From positions 11,904,001 to 11,968,000 of the forward strand of contig OZ024757.1 of the NCBI GenBank assembly GCA_964016885.1: 64,000 nt of DNA, in the 5' to 3' direction. The notes beneath the pieces were generated by a model. The model ran no database searches and had not been told where the DNA came from. It saw nothing but the letters and a program-made list of their open reading frames with translations. Position numbers and translations under genes: made by a program. The stretch is from Eledone cirrhosa (Eukaryota). The number at the start of each line of letters is the position of its first letter. Position 1 is the stretch's first letter. Positions 55,879-64,000 of the stretch are shown piece by piece.

Positions 55879-56795
55879 TCCCCAATCTGGTCTACCTGAC
55901 ATTATTAAATACAGGTTCTATGAGTCGCTAATGCTCACTTCCTCCCAAATAACTGACAGTGACTGCATAATTATTGCTGGTGACCTAAATGGTCACATTG
56001 GACAACATAGTGATGGCTATGATGGAATCCATGGAGGCTATTGGTTTGGTACTAGAAATGAGGAAGGCTTCAGAATCCTGGAATTCTGCGACGCTAATAA
56101 CCTAACTATCTGTAACACAAACTTGAAAAAACGAGACAATCACTTGATCACCTGTAGATCAGGGGAACATGCCAGTCAGATAGATTATATCCTTACTAGA
56201 AGACGTGACAGAGTGTCTAAGTCCCTCCCCCGTGAAGAATGCACCTCCCAACATAGCCTTATAGTTAGTGTGGGCATAGCCTCTTAGCCCCCTCCTATGT
56301 ATTATTGCCCTTCAGGCAATAAAAGAAGAGTTTTAGACAGGCTGCCCATTGGAACTTCTATACGCAGATGATCTAACTGTCATAGCTGAATCTATGGCTG
56401 AACTAGAGAAGAAATTCCAAACATGGAAGCATGGTCTAGAATCAAAAGGCCTTAAAGTTAACTTGTCTAAGACTAAAGTTCTGGTATGTAGAAAGGAAGA
56501 TATGGCACAGGTGCCTTCTGGGAAATGGCCATGCTCAGTGTGTAGGAAAGGAATAGGTAGAAATTCAATTTTATGTCCCAAATGCAAAGTATGGGTACAT
56601 AAAAGATATAGTGGGGCCACAGGTAAGCTATCTAGGAACTTAGACTTTATATGTGGCTGATGCTCAGGTGCAATAAGTAGCAAGTGTCCACAGGATACTA
56701 GCTCCTTCTACTGCCCAGATGGTTCTATAGAAATAGTGGACAATTCCCGTCTAACCCATGCTAGCGTGGAAGATGGACGTTAAACAATGATGATG
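55879..56795 (+). mobile_element. Internally deleted RTE LINE (endonuclease piece, RT C-terminal piece and tail)
   Basis: IIAGDLNGHIG, SQIDYILTR, ELLYADDLTVIAES, then the GACGTTAAACAATGATGATG tail. Homologous to parts of 10284-13436. Confidence 0.88.
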
Positions 56796-56839
56796 GATTG
56801 TATTAATATATATACATAAGTAATAATACAAGGACGAAT

Positions 56840-56989
56840 GGTTACTGCTTCATTACATTTATTGGTTGGTGACACATGTTTCACTATTGATCAGCTCAAG
56901 GTTTGATCTGTATCAATACAGATCAAACCTTGAGCTGATCAATAATGAAACATGTGTCACCAACCAATAAAAGTAATGAAGGAGTAACC
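56840..56989. repeat. ~150-bp near-perfect palindrome
   Basis: GGTTAC...GGTGACACATGTTTCA...GATCTGTAT-CA-ATACAGATC...TGAAACATGTGTCACC...GTAACC. Confidence 0.9.
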
Positions 56990-57709
56990 TTGTATTACAC
57001 TCTGTCTAGCTCTACACTTCACTACAGACGTGAACCTAAAGATGGAGTGCTCACCCAGATGAACCTACAGTAACTCCGTGTTACACTCCCTGGATATATA
57101 CATATATATAATGTGAGTAATATTAAATATTATCCAATTACAAGTATGACAATAGCTCAATGTAAAACAACAAATATAATACAGAGGTGAAATATAATTT
57201 ATTAATAACATATTTTTTATTAATTTTTTTTATAAATTTTAATAATATTCAGCTTTTTACTCTACATTGATAAATTATTTTATTGTATTTGCTAATATAT
57301 TATTGTAAAATTATTATTAATAATTTTAAAAATAATTCTCTAGTTGTATAATCATTAGCCCTAATATTTATTATTGTTATTATTACACCTTGACTAGGGC
57401 AGTGGATTGGTAGAGGGTAGGACACCGTGCTTTGCAGCATGGAGTTACGGCCCTTTACTGTCTGAGTCGAAATCATGCCGAGGATAACTTTGCCTTTGAT
57501 AAAATAAAGTACTAGTAATGCACTGGGGGTAATTGCTGGCCTTGTGCCAAATGTAGAAACAATTATTACATTTGAAGTATAACAGATTATCTATATACTT
57601 AAGACTGAAAGATGTAGTTGAACTTTTTATCATAAATATATTAAAAATATACTTTGAAGATGTATTTTTACATTCTTAAATTTATATTTGATCCATGCAC
57701 TAGCTTTAG

Positions 57710-58125
57710 TCATCATCATCATTTTACGTCCGCTTTTCTCTGCTTGGAAGGGTGGGATGGGTCCTATTCAGCACAGCATCACTCCACTTGTCACGGTCCC
57801 TCATCTTCTCCTCTGTGAGTTTCAGTGATCTGAGGTCTGCTCTCACCACCTCCACCCATTTGTTTTGTGGTCTTCCTCTACTGCGTCTTCCTTCTACTGG
57901 GATTTCTTGGCACTTCTTTACGCACCAGTCATCCTCCATACACATCACATGTCCATACCAACGCAGTCTTCTCTCCTGCACACTACAACTTATCTCTCTT
58001 ATACTCAGTTTCTCTCTCAACACATCTATGCTTGGTCGTTCATGCACATTGACATTGCACATCCAACGGAGCATGCTTGCTTCATTTCTCTCCAGCCGTC
58101 GCATATCCTCTGCAGTTGCTGCACA
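57710..58125 (-). mobile_element. RTE LINE 3' fragment
   Basis: RLERNEASMLRWMC...RRLRWYGHV...RGRPQNKW, plus the tail. Confidence 0.9.
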
Positions 58126-58947
58126 TTTACTCAATAATGTCTCTTTTTTATTCAGGCATTAATGTCAAAATCCTACCATGGGTCATCGTTATGTTGTCTT
58201 TTTAATAATGTAACTTAATAAATATAATTACTGATGTAATCATCATCATTATTATTGTTAGTTGTGGTGGAGCTGTTTCCACAATAAAATACACCCATTA
58301 CACTCTGTAAAAGCTGACAACTTCAAATCAATAACATAAGATCAATGTAAAGATGTATGACACTGCATCCTTCAAAACCTCCATGCTTCCTGATATCCCC
58401 CCTCCATACATGTGTGTGTGTATATCATGACTCAATCACTGTTCACTTTCCTGATATTTCTACATTACTCTATGTACAATACATGCACCTTTGATGAGTT
58501 GTAGTGCACCTGAGCATTGTACACAATAATTTTCTTTATTATTATTGATTATGGATTGGCAGTATCAGTAGAGCGTCACACACCATGCTTTGTATAATAG
58601 AGTTATGGCCCTGAACGTTCTGAGTTCAAATCCCACCTTTTATTATAAATCATCATCATCATGAAATGCACTGTTGATTTAATCATGGCACCAACACTAG
58701 CGATGTTGTCATGTCTTTGAAACCACTACAGAATCCTCTCTATCCTTTGTTTGGAAAGTTTTGTATGACAGGAAGCCCTTCCTATTACCAACCACATTAC
58801 AGAGTGTACTGGTTGTATTTTATCTTGTCACCAATACTAGAGAGGTTGTTATACCATTCACACATAATCTCTGTAAACTTGTATATAATGTAATATTTGG
58901 TGTAAATTAATGTTGTTGATGCGTTGTATCTTTATTTCCTTTTACAG

Positions 58948-59090
58948 AGCTGTATGTCACACATGTAACACTTATGGAGCCACCATAACATTCCATCCAT
59001 GTGGACATAAAGTAACATGTGAAATATGTTGTACTTCATTAGAACAATGTGCCCAATATGGAATGATTATAAGTACGATGGATGGATTTA
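58948..59090 (+). CDS. Exon encoding a C3HC4 RING finger (Mind bomb / IAP type)
   Basis: Polypyrimidine tract and TTTACAG acceptor; AVCHTCNTYGATITFHPCGHKVTCEICCTSLEQCAQYGMII; GTAAGT donor at 59091. The last Cys position is Tyr. Confidence 0.7.
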
Positions 59091-59699
59091 GTAAGTAATT
59101 ATTTTATAATGTCTGTTTTTTCCATTCATGACTTAGTGTGTTTGTCTCATGATCATAAGGTTCTGAGTTCAATTCCCATTCCTTCTGATGATAGGAATGT
59201 CTGAAAATATAAAATATAGATTATTAACAGGAATAGAAAATCTTGACAGTAAAATGAATAACTTGGAAATATTTTTTCAGGGTCTATAAAGTTTCTATAA
59301 AGTTTACTTTTAACTGAATTGGTAAAAATGGATAAATTAGAAGACACAATATGACTAATATTGTCTTCTAAAACAGGGAATAAAAATCTGTTGGTGTATT
59401 GGGGTAAACAAGTGAGTTAATGGGAATGTTTTTGTTTGTTTTTATTGAAACATATTCAATCTACAGATAGGTTGTTATTGTTATTTAGTCTCGGTTCTGC
59501 CATGATCTGCAAATTTATAATGGAGGGTGTTCCAGGTGTGACCACCCTACATTATTTCTATGTTCAGAGAACCCACGATCACATTATCCAACATGTCCTT
59601 TTCAGGTGTTAGGGTACTCAATGTAAACAATGAGTACACAAGAGGTTTAGTAGAACCATAAGCAGGATAACAGAAAAGGTAGACTTTGTATAGAGTAAA

Positions 59700-59930
59700 T
59701 GTACAAATGGAATGAGATGGTTGGGTCATGTGTTGAGGAAGGACAAAAGGGATTGGGTGAGAGGAGTGATGAAAATGAATGTGGAAGGAAATAGAGGAAG
59801 AGGAAAACCCAGAAAGACATAGCTAAAAATGTTGGATGAGGAAATGAAAGCCACGGATGAGGAAGAGATGCTGATGATAGGGAAAAGTAGAGAAGCTTGT
59901 TATGTCCCTCCCCTACAAGGCTAACCCCTG
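59700..59930 (+). mobile_element. LINE (RTE-like) 3' remnant
   Basis: RWLGHVLRKDKRDWVRGVMKMNVEGNRGRGKPRKT. Confidence 0.7.
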
Positions 59931-60089
59931 TTGTCTTCTACAGAGTTATAGATCTGTATATTTACAGGGCTGCTTTGTTCTTTGAGAACATTTACATGAA
60001 TTTATTAAAAATTACATAAGTCATGAAAGAAGAGCTTTATTTGAAAAAACCTTGTCATGAATAATGTTGAGAGTCTTCTTGACAAATCT

Positions 60090-60480
60090 TCTCAATGAAT
60101 CAGCCATTAGTATCGATGACTCCTTCAATACAAGGTCTGAAATGTTAACATGCCTGAATCAGTTGATTTTTATTTATTTCGTACATTGTGCTAGTTATGG
60201 CAGACTTCAGGATTTTTATGTTATGGAGGTGTTGATTGACTTCCCTCTTGACTACTCTCCATATGTAGTAGTCTAACAGATTCAGGTCTGGAGAGCTAAG
60301 AGGCCATATGTTTAGGCTGGTGTGATCATAGAGATTGTTACTCTTTCGTTCTTCAGTCATATTTGTCTTATGAGATGGTGTAGTCTTATTGTTAAGGTTA
60401 TGGTCTTCCTTTGTCCACACTCTCTATCAAAGGCTTCCTTCTCTGGAAAAAGATTTAATATTCACAACCATCTGTCTATT
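60090..60480 (-). mobile_element. Tc1/mariner-superfamily transposase C-terminal fragment (maT/DD37D-like)
   Basis: NIWPLSSPDLNLLDYYIWRVVKREVN...LKSAI...LIQAC, corresponding to the WPPxSPDLNPLDY motif. Confidence 0.85.
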
Positions 60481-61167
60481 TGTTTTCTGATGAGAATAAA
60501 GTTAATCTAGCTTGTATGTCTACCTGATCAAATGACTGGCTGATATCTTGAAGTTAGTGTTGCAAATAGCTGTCATTTACATCACAGAACTGTAGGAGTC
60601 TTTATCCCCCAAGCCATACCTCTAGCCATCATGTACTCCAAGAGAGCCACCTTGGTGCTACTCAACATGTCCATTAAATTTAGCAGCGAGAATGAGGAAA
60701 TGTTTGTCACTTGTTATTGATGTCTTGGTACATTTTAGGCAGAACCATGACTAATTCAGACACTGATCTTGTGATGTTATTGAGGGGTCTTCAATCTCAT
60801 TCTTTAAACCTTTACTATGGATGAAATGTTGTGAATGTTGGTTATCAATGTTGGATATTTAAATTCTGAACCAGTTCTGACAATACAAAAACTTCTGCCA
60901 TTTCTTTGCCATAATTTTCTCAAGTCTATTTTCTTTAATCTTGTTCTTCTTTCTTCTCCTCACTTCAACTTCTTTATTTTTGTCGGTATCCTTGGAAATA
61001 TACAACAATGGTTTAGAATTTTTATGTTAATTATTTCTATTACTCTACAGCTAGTTACTTTGTTATTTACAACAACCTGCGGTATACATATTTTATATAA
61101 CTAATCTATTTAATGTTGTTGTTGTTGTTGTTGTAGTATTGGTTTCTTATTGTTTTATATTTTACAG

Positions 61168-61370
61168 GTATTGAATTCGAAGTTCCAGCTAATATGCTGA
61201 ACAAAATTGAACATAACTATAGTGATATTGACAAACGGGCTTTTCTAATGTTGCTCAAATGGTGTGAAATTTGTAAGCCAGAAAAATGCACCATAGCCAC
61301 TCTGAAAGAAGCTTTAGAGATCACAGAATGTTTTGAGGTTCTTCATTGTCAATATTTAAAGGAAAACTAG
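61168..61370 (+). CDS. Terminal exon encoding the C-terminal part of a Death domain
   Basis: TTTTACAG acceptor. Manual translation: IEFEVPANMLNKIEHNYSDIDKRAFLMLLKWCEICKPEKCTIATLKEALEITECFEVLHCQYLKEN*, showing the IE.N......AF.ML.KW.......T...L.EAL pattern. Not in the ORF track. Confidence 0.7.
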
Positions 61371-61526
61371 TCTCTATCATCATCATCCTCTGTGTTCCAT
61401 TCTAACATTAGCTGGATGGGTTGTGTTGTCATGGAATGAGACCAGACATTGCTGAGTGACGTTTTCAATGACAACCACTTTACAGAGTGGACTGGATGCA
61501 TTTTATAGTGGAACCCTCATGACTAC

Positions 61527-62890
61527 TTTACAGAGCTGTATAAATATATTTAGGGCTCTCAAAGTTGATGGTAGCTGTGGAAGAGGAAGACCTAGGAAAA
61601 CTTGGAAGGAAGTGATAAAAGCTGACCTCACACAAACTCTCAAAGGAGACGACACAGTATTGAGATCTCTGGATCATGCTGTACTGCAGAAGACCTGCCC
61701 CACCTCCCATGTGAACAAGATGTATTTTATTGTGGCTGCAACTCTCACTTTACACTACCACTTTATACCCTTGTGTGTGTGTGTATATATATATACACAC
61801 ACACATATATATGTGTGTGTGTGGAAAAAGGATGGAAAGAAAGAAAGTGTGAAAAAGAGAAGAATTACTTTTACCAAAAATATTGTTTATCACCAAATTA
61901 TAAATAAATAAAATATTCTATTTCGGTAGATTCAGTCGTTTGTTAAATTTATTTAATTTATTTCGATATGTTGTATATATCATCATCATAATTTTACGTC
62001 CGCTTTTCCCTGCTTGCTCATACAGGAACTGATTCTGGCTTGATTTCTACAGCTGGATGCCCTTCCTAACACCAACCTCATTTACAGTGAGTGCTGGGTA
62101 CTTTTTTTCCGTGGCGCCTACACGTACACTTTTCAGTGTGGGCTGGGAGCTTTGTTTGCCGTGGCACCTCCAGGACCACTTTGCAGTGGAATGATAGGGA
62201 CCCCAGTCCTATCATCTCATTTCTACAGCTGAGTAAACTGGAGCAATGTGAAATACAGTGTCTTGCTCAAGGAAACAACACATCACCCGGTCTGAGAATA
62301 TATATATAATTAAGTAGTGTATATATTATTTCTGTATACACACACACAAATATATATGTATGTGTATATCATCATCATTTAACGTCTGTTATTTCACACT
62401 TGATATGTTAGACAAGGTGTCATGTTATGAAACATGTCAGGTCATGTGAACATGTCTTGCTCACATGGATCTGTATTTTGGTTTGGTTTCTACAGCTGGA
62501 TGCCCTTCCTAATGCCAACCACATTACAGTGTGGACTGGGTGAATGGTTAGGTGTAGGGAGAAGATTGGTGCAGATTAGTGTGTACTCTACATGTTTGTT
62601 TCATATCATTTTACATGGGAGGTGGGGCAGGTCTTCTGCAGTACAGCATAATCCAGAGATCTCAATACTGTGTCGTCTCCTTTGAGTTTGTGTGAGGTCA
62701 GCTTTTATCACTTCCTTCCATGTTTTCCTAGGTCTTCCTCTTCCAGAGTTACCATTAACTTTGAGAGCCCTAAATATATTTATACAGCTGTCACCCCCCA
62801 TACACACCCCATACCACTACAATCTCCTCTCCTGAACACTACATCTGATCCCTCTTATGCCTAGTTTCTCTCTCAGTTCTCTCATGCTTT
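61527..62890. mobile_element. Two RTE 3' fragments in inverted orientation (61527-61720 +, ~62370-62890 -)
   Basis: SCINIFRALKV.G..GRGRPRKTWKEVIKADLTQT on both strands. Confidence 0.8.
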
Positions 62891-63303
62891 GACTATGTAG
62901 TGGCTATGTCTTTACAGTTGTTGGATGCCCTTCCTAGTACCAACCACTTTTACAGTGTGGAACTGGGTGGCACTGTTATGGGGATTGTCTGGCCAGCTGG
63001 CTTTGCTGTACCCTGCTCACAGGGGGACCGTAATTTGGGGGCTGAGAGGTCCCATTATGAGGGATGTCAGGCCAATTGGTTGCACCATGCCTTGCACCTC
63101 GTGAGGTTCACTCTGGTCCTTTGTTGTATGTTGTAGTACCAGAGATCTCAGCCCTGTGTCATCTCCATTGAGAGGTTCAGCTGAGCCAGGTTGACCTTTT
63201 GTCATTACATCCTACTTCTGCTTAGGTCTTCCTCTTTTGAGGCACCCTACACCCTCGAGTTCCCTGTACCTTTTTATACAGATGTCATCCTTCATGTGCA
63301 TCA

Positions 63304-63545
<242 letters not shown>

Positions 63546-64000
63546 GCCAACTCACTTTTAAACGTTTTACATTAAGAGAATTACACATCTGGCTCTGTGT
63601 GTGTGTGTGTAGAAGGGAAGTTAGTGGTTGTTATGAAAGATGATAAACAAGACAAATACCAATAATTCTGGTTAGATATATAAGTTACTTCACTTCAGCA
63701 AAAAGGTAAACAAAACTGATTACTTCAAATCATAAATATAAAGTTTGATTGTAATATTTACAAATGAATATAGTGTTGTATAATAAGGCTTCTGTGTTGT
63801 GCTGGAGAATCTTTGTATAATATGCTATGTTTGATTAAAAATTGACATGTTGTAGTCAGACAGTATGTACCAGCAGAGGTAGTAGTAAGCAGTGGCAAGG
63901 GAGCTGTGTTGTTTATATGAAGAGGCAGATGACTGAGTTAGGACCACAGAACAGCCTATTTATAATGACAGCTAGTTATTTTTGATAAATAACAGATGGC

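Noticed and set aside
59372-59420. Possible small exon between the RING and Death exons
   Set aside because: AG and GTGAGT are present, but I could not obtain a Death-domain-like peptide, so it is unsupported.

Overview
This is AT-rich, repeat-dense eukaryotic (animal) genomic DNA. The C2H2 finger style ([10 protein letters not shown]...HTGEKP), the tRNA-SINE and RTE-LINE families and the (TA)n load suggest a coleoid cephalopod such as Octopus; that is an inference from recognition, not a search. The window is part of a C2H2 zinc-finger cluster in turnover. It holds one largely intact ZNF ORF (38774-39754), one truncated by a minisatellite, and several pseudogene copies, most carrying the same ~0.6-kb upstream module. 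These sit among segmentally duplicated RTE LINEs, non-autonomous Helitrons (including a head-to-tail array), a Helitron RepHel fragment, a Penelope-like element with an inverted terminal repeat, piggyBac, mariner and other TIR MITEs, SINEs and several minisatellites. Two spliced exons near the right end encode a RING finger and a Death domain. The most notable structures are: (i) several minimal type I hammerhead-ribozyme motifs, mostly in fold-back cassettes within (TA)n; (ii) a near-identical 2.23-kb tandem triplication of a ZNF cassette whose junction is a hairpin built from two Helitron-type 3' ends; and (iii) a roughly mirror-symmetric arrangement of duplicated blocks across ~11-57 kb. 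All alignments and folds were made by eye, so boundaries are approximate.
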